Shown piece after piece: positions 45,825 through 58,959 of a stretch of DNA of 64,000 nt. The translations under genes were made by a program, and so were the position numbers. The notes beneath the pieces are model-generated. The model had not been told where the DNA came from and searched no databases. It was given only the letters and a program-made list of their open reading frames with translations. Positions within the stretch are counted from its first letter, which is position 1. Every line of letters begins with the position of its first letter. Source of the stretch: Guillardia theta CCMP2712 (Eukaryota; Protista; Cryptophyta); NCBI RefSeq assembly GCF_000315625.1, contig NW_005434506.1:13190-77189 (forward strand), written 5' to 3'.

Positions 45825-48252
45825 CTAGCTCATGCTTTCAAATCTCTGCTGCTGTTTCTCACCTGAAAGAAGTCTTCGTTGCCTTGCTCTTTGGAGGGCA
45901 GGTGCACGGAGATGCGAGGGACCGGGTGGACCTGCCGAGGGGTCGGCATCTTGTCGAAACTTGAGTTGTGGCCCTTCTGCACCAACCAGAGTCAACCCTT
46001 GAAGGAGCATGACGACATTCATGCGGTGCAGGCTCACATTCCGTGCTGAGAGCGGCGCTGGTCTTGGTGCGTTAGGAGGGAAGGTAATGTTGTTGATCGC
46101 CACAGGCTGAACGGCCTCGTTCCCCTTGCGGAACTGCGACAGCATCAGTTCGAGGCAAATAAGCTTGAATCTGATCCACACAGTTTGGCCTTCTACGAAT
46201 ATCATGTCTTTTCCTGTCTTGAAGTGCTTGGCCACCATGATTCTTTTACAATTCAGGGACGGCAAACGATTCTTGTATTCCTTCCAAGCAAGTTCACGTG
46301 TATCCATTTTTTCCAGCTGAAGAATGAGGTCAGTGTGAGAACAAGGATCCTGAGACCAAGTACCTCAAAGGATACCCTTTCCTCTTCCAGCGTGCTGAGC
46401 CGCTTCTTCAAATCTTCCTTCTCCTGGAAGCGTGGTTGATAAGGTCGTTTTTCAAACCAGGCATCAAGTACCTTAGCCAATCTGTTCTCCTGAGCATCTA
46501 GCCTTTTCCTCTTTTCCGCAATGGCCCTTCTCTCTTCCTCCAAAGTTCGCTGGAATTGCTCAAGTTTTGACGAAGTGTGAGAAATTTCTTCTAATTTGCT
46601 CTTCACGTTCTTCAAATTGTTGAGATTGCTCTCTTCAATCTGGCATTGCTTTTCTCGTTCTTCAACCTCCCTCTCCCTCTCAACCACTTGTTGTTCCCTC
46701 CGCTCGATCATCTTGTTCTTCTTATCCAGAATTCGATGACGAAATTTCATGGTGGCCCTAGTGATCACAGCCTTTTGAAGTATTCGGCCGCAAAAGTCAT
46801 CCATGCGTTCTTCGAGCACTGAACAATTGTCGTCTCGCAAGATCTCAGCAACGACGTCTTTGTTCATATTGTACAACAACTTCTCCAACTTCATCACCCT
46901 GTTCCTCAAGTTCTCGATCAAAGAGTCTTGCCGCTTGACTCTGGTAGGCAAATCGCATTCATACAGGTGACTACGCTCCATCTTCAGTTGTATTCTATCC
47001 CTTTCCTTCGCAAACAACCTTCTCTGCAAAATGATCGCCTTTTCCCTGTCATCCCTTCCTTCTGTTTGCAGCCTTTCTTGGATGGTTGCAATCTCTTGAT
47101 CGAGGATTCTGATGAATCGTTCGCAAGCAGCCTCGCTCTGCTCAAGGTTTATACCGTTGAGAGCATCCACATCCCTCGTCGGCACCTCCAAGTTAGGCAT
47201 GTCTGCTTTCGTAGGCGAGACTGGTCCATACTCAGTGGGAGCTCTTGATCGCTCCGAATCGTCGCTACTCTTCTTGAAATCTGACTGATTCCACAACATC
47301 ACATTCTCTTTATCCATGTTAGCACCAGGAGAGCTTGAAGGGCCCTCGATGTTGCTGTCCTCCCTCGCTAAGAAATAGCTCTTCGGATGTTCTAATATCT
47401 CCCCAGCAAACGAGAAAGCCTCTGGTATCCAGTCCTCCTCTGAAGGCGCATTCGCATTCTCAATGGGGTGCAATCCGGTTTCGAGGGAATGGCTGAGGGA
47501 GATTCGCCGCCTCATATCCTTTAGGACCGTGTGATTGACTGGCTGTAGCTGACCCCCTCTGATTGCCTCTGCTCCTGGAGACGCCGCTATCTCTGCATTC
47601 TTTCTAGCAGAGAAGATGATATAGTCCTCATCACCGGCAGAATTCATATCCGAGACTGGTGTTAGGTCTATGCTTTGATTGTATTGAGCCATTGGAGAGA
47701 ACGGCTTGACCACCTGTAACAAACACGGAGTGTCACAACGGACGTAGAGAATGATACAAAAGAAGCAGAGCACCGATCAAACAAGCAAGTGCTGTGGCAG
47801 ATGAAGAATAAAGATAGTTTACCTCCAAGTGGATCAAAGTGTCAAAACCCTCGTCAAGACCTGGTTGGGTTTTGAGACGAAACTCAAGACTTCATGAAGT
47901 TCGAGGATGACTACTTCACGATTAGAAGATGTTGCTCTTTGACGGCAAACCTGTCACATGTTAATACGGTCAGCTGATGATACACTTCACATGCTTCTGA
48001 CAATCTCCAGCTACGATCGTCACTAGACTAAGCTAAATCATCTTTTAGCTTCTACCTCTTCGCATTCTAACGGAGGTCAATGATTGTTAATTCTTTTCCA
48101 TCTAAGCCATGGGTTGACTGATGCGCCTTTTTCAACCAAGCATCTACCGATGCCCTTGCAAGTACATGATCTTCTCTTGTTTCTGCCCCCTCCTTACTCC
48201 TTGAACAAAGCGCAGATATTGGCTGCTTATAAGCCCTCTTCGATACTTTCAT
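45825..48252 (-). CDS. Uncharacterised coiled-coil protein, multi-exon
   Basis: Long exon in ORF 46253-47773 with E/K/R-rich heptads; flanking GT-AG exons (LDEGFDTLIHLE-VVKPFSP; VSFE-LEKMDTRELAWKEY). 5' end uncertain. Confidence 0.7.
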
Positions 48253-49717
48253 GGTGTAGGTGAAAAATTGACAGAGCTAATTTACATGCGTCACACAACC
48301 AACATTTCCCTCTCCTTGTCCTTCTACCTTTACCTTTCAGTCTGTGATGCCTATATCTTCTCCTCTCTATCGCTCTCTATCTCTCTCTGTCTCTCTATCT
48401 TGCTCTCTCTCGCTCTCTGTCTCTCTCCCTCCCTCTCTCCCAACCTCCCAACATCCCTCCCTCCCTCCCTCCCTATCCCTCCCTCCCTCTCGCTCTCTCT
48501 GTCTCTCTGTCTCTCTCTCCTCTATGTCTTTCATCTCCACTTACATCTGCTATCTGTCTTCTTCATCTTTGTTCTACGATCCTTGGCTGTACTGTTTTGC
48601 TTTCCCGCATAGCTTTATGCCTTCCTGACGAAAATCAATTTTTCATTCGCTTTCGCCCTATTTCATGACTCTTTTCCCTAGAACTTCCTCACTCGCTCCC
48701 CCAGGCATTCCCCTACGTACAACAACTTCATCTCGCAGAGAGGTTCCTTTCTTGAACCCCCCGTGCTTCAACACCTCATTCTCAATCTTGCCGGCATCCC
48801 TTGCGTGAGTGCCATCTGTATTTCCCCATCATTTTCTCATCTGCTCCATTCCCCTAGTACTCATCCTCGTCTTTCCCACTCGCTCCTGCCATTTTTTTCG
48901 CCCAATGGCCGGTTGTTCTTCCTTTTCCCAGTTTTTCCTCATGAGATTTTAAAATCCATATCTTTATTGATTTTACTCCTCCACTACTGTTACCCACCCA
49001 CCCCACCCTGAAAACCACCCCACCGAGGCTTCTCTGAGTCATTGCACCCCTTTCTCTACTACCCACCCTGCTCGACACAATCATTCATCGCGAGCCAACA
49101 CAAGTGGCATCTAACACCCGTTCAAGGACCCCTTGCCACCCCTCAAGTACGACTACCCACCGACCGTCTACTGAAGTACCGTAACTTTATCTGAGTCATC
49201 ATACCCACCTACCCCTCCAACATGTCAGTAGACAATTTCAAATCTACCCTGCTGATTTCAGGTCCGTGTCTACATGTGACAGTCATTGAAACCTCTGGTG
49301 TAGGTCCGGAGGACGGTCATGGCCGCAGGGTAACCCGGTGGGTGCCTCTCGGGCCGGCCCTAGTCCCGAGGCCCGGAACTAGGGGTGGGGTGGTCATCAT
49401 TGAACTCCGAACCACTGAATCCGGCACAGGGTGGGGGTACAACATGGCTGAGTCTCCGAGGACGGGTACTTCATATGGGAGTTTGTAGGGGTCCAGCTCG
49501 GCGGTCACTGATGAGTCACAAGTACGTGCGTGGCGGCCGAACTTCACTACCGGACATACTACAAAGTAACTTAACTTTGAGTAAAGAACTAGGTAGTAAC
49601 TTGTAATCATTTTCCAATCATCAATTTTCCTTGAATTCATTTTCGTATCATCCAATCATATCTCCCAGATTTCTGCCCGGCTCCATGAATTGATACCTGT
49701 CATACCCAGACCCAAGT

Positions 49718-49864
49718 CCTTATCATCTCCTCGTACCTTCCTCCTTGTCATCTCCTCGTACCTTCCTCCTTGTCATCTCCTCGTACCTTGATCCTTGTCA
49801 TCTCCTCGTAACTTCATCCCTATCATCTCCTCGTAACTTCATCCTTGTCATCACCTCGTACCTT
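49718..49864 (+). repeat. 25-nt minisatellite x6 (TCATCTCCTCGTACCTTCCTCCTTG consensus)
   Basis: Unit starts at 49723, 49748, 49773, 49798, 49823, 49848. Confidence 0.95.
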
Positions 49865-49879
49865 ACAGCGACTTCCTCA

Positions 49880-51457
49880 ATTTCCTAGGATGAGCTTGAA
49901 TCCCTTGCAAGAAGTATTCTCGAGGGAACTAATCATGACGCAATGCGCTATGTGTTGATCTTCGTGGATGCCCTTTGTTGTTACATGGAGCTTGAACTGT
50001 GATGGGTTAACTCTTTATCGAAAGCTCTTCCTACGTCAATCGTAAAACGATTTGAAGTGCCACTGAAAGCCACGACAACAATTCTGCCAGACTAGATACA
50101 TCAAGAAGGTCGCCAATTCACCTGATGACGACTTCATCATACAGAAGCTGAGCTCCATACACTCTCTGACAACGTCCAGAGAATTGTCATCTTTCGTGCT
50201 TTCTTTGCGTTCTGGGCATGGGTGTGAACAACACAACCCAACTCCTTCAGCTCAGCAGTGCATCGTCAATCAAGATCTTATTTGACAACCGTGCACTTGC
50301 TCAGATGTAACTCGTCGAGCTCAACAAGGAAAACTTCGTTCCGGACCAGGTCTCGTCATATGATGAATTTGCTGATCTCTTAGTAAGATTCCATTTTACT
50401 TGTTTGTCGCAGTGCAATCGCCAATATCGGCTACATGCATCCGGATTTTGAATACCGCGGAAAACCAAAAAATCGCTGTTGTTGTTTTATGCTTCAGGGA
50501 ACCCGACTCAGACAATTTTGGCCGCAGAGCGCACTCTCCGTGGGGTCGGGTAAGTGCGATAGTCCAGGTCACAAACAACAGCAGAGAGTGTAATAGATTG
50601 TGGTGATGTGATGTACTAAGACTTAGAGCGGTGAACGAACCCATCCAGGATCATCTCCTGCAAGTGTTCGTTATGTTGATTTGACAAGGCTTTGGGAGAA
50701 ATCGCTCACGGGCGTCACCTGCTTGCTCCCGGCGTTGCGAGCTTCTTCTTTTCAAGTCCTCCCATCCCCCGGAGGCTCTCTCCCCCCTCCCGATGTAGAT
50801 ATATCCTGCTGATAGATATGCTCTCCCATTCTCCGTGGCACAGGCTTTTTGAAGCTTATTCGTTCCTAATGTCACCTCTCCCATCTTCTCTTCACCGGAT
50901 CGATGCGCCACAGGCATTGGGAATATATATACGTTCTTTCAATTTGTTCGGAGAGATGTTTTAATGCCAATCAAATACAGAATACAAGTAATCTGCTTTT
51001 TTGTCAGATATCTGGCTGCAATGCAGATCGTATGGTATCATCCCAAAGACACGACCACTCCATCGTCAAGTCTCTCCGTCGTCTCAGGTGCATTGCTTGC
51101 TGTCACAAGGTGCGCTGAACCGCAGAATGGTTCTGTTCCCATTCCGATCTCTACTATGATTAGCACTCGTTTACGCGTACCCGTCTGAGCCTTGTCTCCC
51201 TCGTTGCCGCATTTCTTCTTCTTGCTTTCTGGTTCGACAATTGACGGGGCTGCGGCAAACCATGTTCTACCTGCCCTGAAATGCAAGACCAGCCATTCAG
51301 TGTTGGAGCTTCTTGGCACGACAAATCCTTTACGAGCTTTTTCTGATAACGCCGATACCATGCGCAGGTTGACATCCAGATCCTGTGACAACAGCCCTAA
51401 AATGACGTCGAACAAGTATTCCGGGGCAAGAGGAGAGGACACGTTCTTGATCTCCAC
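49880..51457 (-). pseudogene. Coding-like but stop-interrupted region, unknown family
   Basis: Several short protein-like minus-strand ORFs (51038-51457, 50651-50917, 50036-50236) that I could not splice into one model. Confidence 0.3.
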
Positions 51458-51964
51458 TCACTATCGCGCTCTTTACTTCTGCTCGGTACATCAGAAATCT
51501 ATAACCCGATTGTCAGCTGTACATGGCATGCGAAACTGGGGAGATCAAGTGCAAATTTGGGGGGATCAAGTGCGAAATATATCAGTAATACCATTATTCC
51601 GCCAACCCACGTGACGATATTTGATTTTTATGATACTATCAGAGAGGCTAATGCGGTTCCAAGTGATGATTAGAAAAAACATTGACAACTACAGTCGTAT
51701 CGAAAGAGATCATTCAAACTGCATTTGCTTCTTTCCTTACTGCAATTCTTCCCGTTTGCCCGGCAGGCCTTCCGATCTGAGTCGGACGGCTAGTACTGAC
51801 TCCCGCGATAGTGACTGACACTGATCAGCCTGCAACAGTGACTCACCGCACAGTGACTGACTCGTGAGCGTGGGTGTGAGTCCGGGCCAGTGACCCTTGG
51901 CATGCAGACAGTGAGCGATGCCAATTTGGTGTTTACATCTGATCTGATTCATCCACCGGATTCT

Positions 51965-53523
51965 CTACCTCGTGGCGTCCCACCTCCAGATCGAACCATC
52001 CTCCGTTGCCGCCAGTACCGTCCTCCCGTCATGAGAGATGGCGGTCTGACGGACAGTCGTCGTACATTGTGAGTGAGTCAGCTTGCATGTTTCCTTCCCG
52101 GTGACCAGCTGCGTCAGGTCCCACAGCAATATCTGCCCGACCTAGAGCAATCTCAGTACCACACGCTCGCCTCGTGTATCCTATGGATGCCTGACCTTGT
52201 TTCCTACTGCAACGAAGTTGTGCTGGGGATCGATGTTGAAACGCAAGAACCAGATGTCGGACGAGCTGTATCGGCACTCCCCCAGCACGAGAGCTGCATC
52301 GCTGCCATGCGCCTTGGAAGGCTGCGGCTTCCAGATGACGATCTGAATGAGGAAAGCAGACAGAAGGTCAAGAACCAGAGATGTAGCAAGCAAGGAGAGG
52401 CGGACCTTGTTGTGGGTGCTTTTGGAGAGGATGTGATCACCATGCCATCTCACGCAGTCCACATAGTTGCGGTGGATCCTCGTGGTGGAGTATGTCGGCA
52501 GCTGCACAATCGCACTTCGGAATCTGCCTGTCGCGTCACCCCTGGAGGAGGGCAGAGCGTCGGCAGCTTGTTGCTGGAGGGTTGAAGCCTGCTTGATGGC
52601 TGGAGCGCACTGATCCAGCGACCATATCTGAGAGGAGCACACTCAACAACGACCACAACACTCCACACCTCAGCAAACCTTGATTGCGTTGTCCATCCCA
52701 GCGCTGACAAATTGCTTCCCGTCCAAGTGGAAGTCCAGAGACAGAACCTCTCCACGATGCGCTGAGTCGCCCGTGAAGAGAGCGACACACACGCAGGTTG
52801 CCACATTCCACAACCGGATCGACTCATCCTTGCTCGCACTCAGTAGCAGCTCTGGTTGGTACGGGTGGAAGCGAAGGTCGTTGACGCTGTTCCCGTGCCC
52901 CATCAGCGTTCGAGACACACAGTGCCGCATGCAGTCCAGGACGCGGATGATGCCAAGCTGGCCAGCAACTGCCAACAAGGGCTGCTCCTCACACCAGGGC
53001 GCCACGCTCCATGCACAACAGAAGTAGCTTTCCGATTGATCCTCGTCAACATACACCTATGCACCAGCATTTCAATGCGCCTCGCAACTGTCTCTGAACG
53101 CCTCTGGTGATTACCTGCCGGACCTCTATCTTCCCGTCCGGAAGGAGCTCATAGACCGTGGCACGATTTGCTCCCGTTGTTGCAAACAAGTTATACCAAC
53201 GTTCGTCATACAGGTTGATGGCGAGACCAAACAGAACCTGATCAAGAATCAACATGTCAGTTCCGGCAACAGAGAGCATGCAGACCCACTTGGCCATGAT
53301 CCTCTTTCACTCGACGGACGAGGGTCCAATGCTTGGGAACTGCTTGATTCTTCTGCTTGTTGGGTGTTGAGGCTGCTTCAGCATCTCCACTGTCAATCTC
53401 CTCCTCGGCAACCACTGCTCTCGGACCATGGTCATACTACCGGAACACCATTTTCACTCCAGCGAAGGCACGTCTACCTGCATCCGCGATCCCGGGATTC
53501 GTTCTCCTTCTCTTCTTGACCAT
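51965..53523 (-). CDS. EED: Polycomb PRC2 WD40 subunit EED/ESC/FIE
   Basis: VKEDHGQ-VLFGLAIN..FATTGANRATVYE / YVDEDQSESYFCCAWS..PLLAVAGQLGIIRV..GHGNSVNDLRFHP..LLSASKDESIRLWN..HRGEVLSLDFH..SAGMDNAIK-IWS / IHRNYVDCVRWHGDHILSKS / DIWFLRF..VAVGNK / TVRQTAISHDGRTVLAATEDGSIWRWD. Confidence 0.95.
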
Positions 53524-54604
53524 TGGAGGTGATCACTCAAGGGCCTCGCTGAAAAATCCTGATCAGAGTCTCTTATGGATCATGTGCAATGCTCTCACAC
53601 CTGAGCTCTGTAAACTTGCAGGATTCCGTCCTGTACGATCCGCGCCAGTTTCTCACTATTCAACCATACTATAAACGCCTTCAAACATAGATAAAAGTCA
53701 GTCTCGAACGAGCATTCGTACTCAGCCTCGCCGCTACAGGCATCTTTTTGGGGTCTCTGCCCAATCCTTCAGTAGATCTCGACTGGTCTTCCTCCGTCGT
53801 AAACCGCTCTCCGTGTGCTACACTTGCATTTGGTTGCCCTGTCCTCTTCTGTCTTCCCTCTGACTCAAGGTCCTCTTCACCTCCTCTTCCTCCTCCTCCT
53901 CCTCCTCCTCCTCCTCCCTGCCCCCCCCGCCCTCCCCTTCCTCCACCCTCGTACCTGAGTCACCGCACTTGCATTTCCCGCCGCTCCACCCCCACCCCAC
54001 TTTTTGATCGGATAGAGACCCTGGCCATGATACCCTACCCCCTGCTCTTCGTGCAAGGCCTTCGTACAGGGCATCTGGTATAGACGGGGTGGGGACGTAC
54101 CAGGTGGTGGTTTATTGGAGGGGGGTAGTCCTACATGTAGGGAAGGGTTGCTGGATGGCAGTAGGGGTGGTGGGGTAGTTTTATCTTGACTGGGAAGGGT
54201 AAGTAAGGTGAGATAAGTGCTGCCCTTATCGCTGATCTAGTACAGATTCTGAGGCGGACCTCGTCTGAAGTTCTCGGCCGGTTTGTGCTGCAACCTGCGC
54301 AACGGAGGGAGGATGGCGAGGATGGGAGGACCAGCGGACGAGGACAAGGAGGCAAGAGGAGGGAGGAGATGAGTGAGGTCAAGGACTGAGGGAGATGGTG
54401 TGGAAGAGAGGGGGAAGGAGGAGGAGACATAGCTACAGTAACAACTTGCATCTTCCGGATGGCGCGCAGGAGCATGTTTGCACGATTTTGAACGGAGGGA
54501 AAGGATCAGTGGAGGGAGATGAATCACGATGATGGCTAACAGCAAGCAAGCCTAAACCCTAAACCACCAAGGAAAAGTGATTCCCAGAAGGATCTGGCGG
54601 GAAC

Positions 54605-56162
54605 ATGATACCTTCGTGGATCATCGAGCGGTTTAGCCGCTCCTTGCTGAACAAGAAGCTCCTGCGGTCTGCTCCCCCCCCCCCCCCCCTCCCCTTTCCC
54701 CTACCCGTCCGTTACCTCCCTCCCCATCTCCTTCCTCACCTTCCCTTGTCTCCCACCTCCTCGAGGTTATCCGAACATGCGCTTGAACTGACCTCTGGCG
54801 CTGGGCGCCCAGGGACTTTCTCAAGACTGAATTGGAAGAGAATCAAAAAAAGTTGTCGCCCAAAAACAGGGGCTCTACCTTTACGACCTCGACCTTCGCA
54901 CGGACACCCTCAACGCAACCCTTCCTCCCGGCGGCCGATTTGCATATCTCCTCTGTCAAGGCTGCGCCTCCCTTGCTGACGTTCTCCCTTGGTACATGGG
55001 TGGACCCTGACCCCNNNNNNNNNNNNNNNNNNNNNNNNNNNNNNNNNNNNNNNNNNNNNNNNNNNNNNNNNNNNNNNNNNNNNNNNNNNNNNNNNNNNNN
55101 NNNNNNNNNNNNNNGGCTGACGAGTTGTCGTTCTGCAGGAGAAGCTGCCAAGGGAAAATCAGCTGACGGCATCGCTGACGGAGCTCAGCGATGCTTTGGA
55201 GAGAGAGGTAAGAGGATGATTACGGAGAGGTTGTCAGTTGGTGACGTGGAACATGGTGTTCAGGGGAAGATGGCGTTCGAGGATAGACCGGATGTCGACC
55301 CAACAGATGCAGATCCTGTATGATTCGATGGAGGATGCTGTGAAGTGCACAGAGATATCTTGATCCTCGTCTGTGTGATGGGACTTTGTTTCTGTTGTGA
55401 TGTTTTTCCGCACCTCATTTAAGTCGGAGTTACATCTGATATGATACTTGAAAACCGCGGTGACAATACTGTGATGGGAAGAGCGGATTTGCAGTATGAT
55501 GGTGCATGCGGCATGTTGGCAGACGTTGTGTGTTGGTGGCTGAGGGTTATTGGAGCTGCGCACCTTTCTGACCTCCACCACAGGAATTCATCGACTTCAC
55601 AGGCAGTCACGTTCGATCAAACCTTGAGAGAGTTATCGAGAGGGCGCTGGGTTGGTTCCCTAACATGCCGCCTGTTGGTTCTGACGGCGAGCAGGCGCGA
55701 CGAGACTGGTTGTGTCGAGCATCAAAGTGCAATACCACAACACGTCTGAGTTAGATGGAGTGAGTCGGACGGTGAGCTCTTGTTGGCTGTTGCGAAGTTG
55801 TGACTTTCATTTCAAGGTTGGAATTTCCGTGGATGATATCAGAGTAACTAACAACGACTCAAGAATACAATCTCTTTCAAACGTTGGACCCGGGAAACTT
55901 GTTTCGAAGATCGTTCAGTTTGGATCGGTGAAGACCAACACGCTTGCTTGGAGGGGAATTGAACACCGTCGCAGATCCGAGCATTCTGCAGCGAAGATGA
56001 TTCGGAGGAGGGTCAGGCCCATGAGGAATTCATCAGGTGGAGTCGAAGAGATGGAAGGGTGAAGATGCAGGATGATGTCAACTGCAATGTTGTCCTCAGT
56101 GATTAGTTCGATGCGGATTTGATGATGGAGATGATGATGATGATGATGATGGTGATGGTGAC

Positions 56163-56202
<40 letters not shown>

Positions 56203-56961
56203 ATAATAGTTGAGATGAAGATTGCAAGAATGGTTATGATTGAAATGATGATGATGATGACGGTGATGTTGGTGCACTACAATCGAAAATATTCAGACGT
56301 GAAGTTTGAAGCTTGCCTTCCTGCAGCATTGGAACAGACGAAGCGAAGGCATGCGATGTCAGTCTAGACTACGAGCACGGTGAAGTTGATCGGTGCTGAA
56401 CTGACTTTCTGTGCGTTTTACTGTGCTGACTCAAGTCACGATCTTCAGCTGTCTCAACACCAGCACGTCGCTGGACGCCATACACTTCCGACTCTCATCA
56501 GCAGCTCTTGAGGTCGGGGGCCATGTCGATGCGCGTCATGTGGAGATATCTGAGCTCCCTGTTCCTTTCAGATCATCAATGCTTCTCTTCAATCTCATGG
56601 CGAGAAGACTCAGAGTCAAACAACAGCATCATCTGCAAGTCCTTGTAAGTTTCGCTCGTTTCTCCTCCCTCAGTCTTCCTCAGTCTCCTCCATCCGTCTA
56701 CCGTCTGCATCCTCCCCCTCTCCCCCTCTCCCCCTCTCCCCCTCTCCCCCTCTCATCCTCTCATCCTCTCTCCTCCTTTCCTCCTTGCCGTCCGTCTCAC
56801 CGATGTCTCTCTCCTCCAGCTGCCGGCGCCTTGTCGGACGGGGCGTCGAGCAGTTGGCGTCTGACCAACAAGATCGCCGTGAAGGGCCTGCAAGTAGAAG
56901 CAGAGCACGGCGAAACAGCCATGACGCTGAAACTCAATGACATCCTTCTTCGACAGGTATC

Positions 56962-57056
<95 letters not shown>

Positions 57057-58880
57057 ATTTCTTCATCTACTTCTGCTGCTGCTGCTGTTGCGCTTGCTCC
57101 TGCTCTTTTGCTGCTGCTCTTGCGTGTCCTGCTGCTGCTGCTGCTCCTGCTCTTACTCCTTCTCTTGCTCCTGCTTCTGCTCTTTCCATGCCGTAGATGT
57201 TTAGGTGCTGCACCAACTGTTCCCTTCCACCTGTCCCTGGTTCACTTCTCACGCCTGCCCTCAGTTTGCTGTCTCGGGCTCGAGCAGCTCGTGGCAGCGA
57301 TGGACGACGAGGCTCATGGCTGCGACATTGACGTGCGGGACGGGAAGCGACTCAAACGCTCACGTGCTCCACCTCAACTTCGATCCCTGGATGGAAGACG
57401 CACAGCCCTTGAGCAGGTGCAACTCCGCCATTCCCCCTCTTCGCCTTCTTCCCCCGCTCCCTTCCTTGTTCTTGCCTCTTGCCATAGATCACCTTTCCTT
57501 TCGCACCACCCACTCACCGTCGCCCTTTCTTTCTTGCCCTTCTTCGCTTGCTGTCCTTGTAGTTGCCCTCTACTTCTTCTTCCTCGTCGTCCTCCTCGTC
57601 ATCGTTCTCCTCGTCATCGTTCTCCTCGTCGTTGTCCTTGCCCTCCTGTTGCCTCCTCACATTCATGGAACAGCGACATACGAAGTGCGCGGGACATCAT
57701 CAAATCCTCGACCAGCGCCAACTTGAAGGTGAAGGAGGAGCACAGGTTCTTCGACACGCCCAACAAGCTGCTGCAGGTGCATCTACTTTCTCCTCTTCTC
57801 CTCTCCTCCCCGCTTCTCTCCTCCTGCTTCGCCGCCTGCCAATGGGACCCGGCGCTGAAGAAGTTTGCGGCCCCACTCACGGACTGTGATCAGCTGCAAG
57901 AGGCGGAAGAGGTAAACAGGGAGGGAGCAAGGAAGAGAGGAAGAGGGAGGGAGGGACGGAGGGAGGGAGGGAAATATTCTCACTATTAGGGGATTCTTTG
58001 ACTGGTTGGCTCTGGTAGGAGCTTGTTGCTTTGCACTGCTCGCGGGTGTCAGCTCTGTTTGAGACGTCTAGCAGAGTTGAGCAGGAGAAAGGAGGGGAGG
58101 AGGGAGAAGCTGCTGCAGGAAGGAGCGACGAGGAGGGACGGCAGTCTCGGTCCCTCCTCCAAATCTCCATGAGCCCCTTGAGAGGTCAGCTCGAGCTCTC
58201 CTCCTCCTTGCGCTGCCTGCGGGACTTGGAAGTTGTCAAGGAGGAGCTTGAGAGGCTGCAGCGGGTCTTCGGAACTCGCGAGGGGGGGCGAGAGGGAGCG
58301 ACCGCTAGTTGGCAGGTGAAGTTATGAGGGGGAGGCGATCAGGTGGACGCTGATGTCGATGCCAGTCAAGTCTTTTCCTCCACTCGCTCTCCTTCGACGT
58401 CTCCCTCGATCGGCCATCCCCTCGCCCCCTCCCTCCTGCCCTCTCCCTACATGTCAGGGCCGTCATGGCTGGGTTCTCCTCTGACGCTCAGTCGGTGCAT
58501 GGGGAGCTCGGGCTCCGCCGCCTGGTCGTGAGCTTGAGGAAGGGAGGGCTGCGATGCAGGGATAAGGAAGAGGAGGAAGTCAGTCCGATCCTCGTCGTTG
58601 CTGGGCACTCGGCGAAGACGGATGTAGAGGTTGTTGCCGATGCTCCAACTTTCTGATCCTCCTGTGCAGGTCAAGATCGCCTTTGATGAGGGGCTCTCCT
58701 TCTGTGCTGCTCCTGGTCTATGCAAGAGCAGCAGCAGCGTGAATGCTGAGGGTTGTTGGAGATCCTCCTGCACTTGTTCTTGTGCCAACAAGTCTGCATG
58801 CGGGGTTGGCATGTGGGGCTGCGGTTGCTCGGCCCCGAGAAGGTTGCAAGTGAGAGGATCATGTTTGAAGATACAGGTGC

Positions 58881-58959
<79 letters not shown>

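Noticed and set aside
49718-49864. CRISPR-like array
   Set aside because: Units are contiguous with no unique spacers, no cas genes, eukaryotic context
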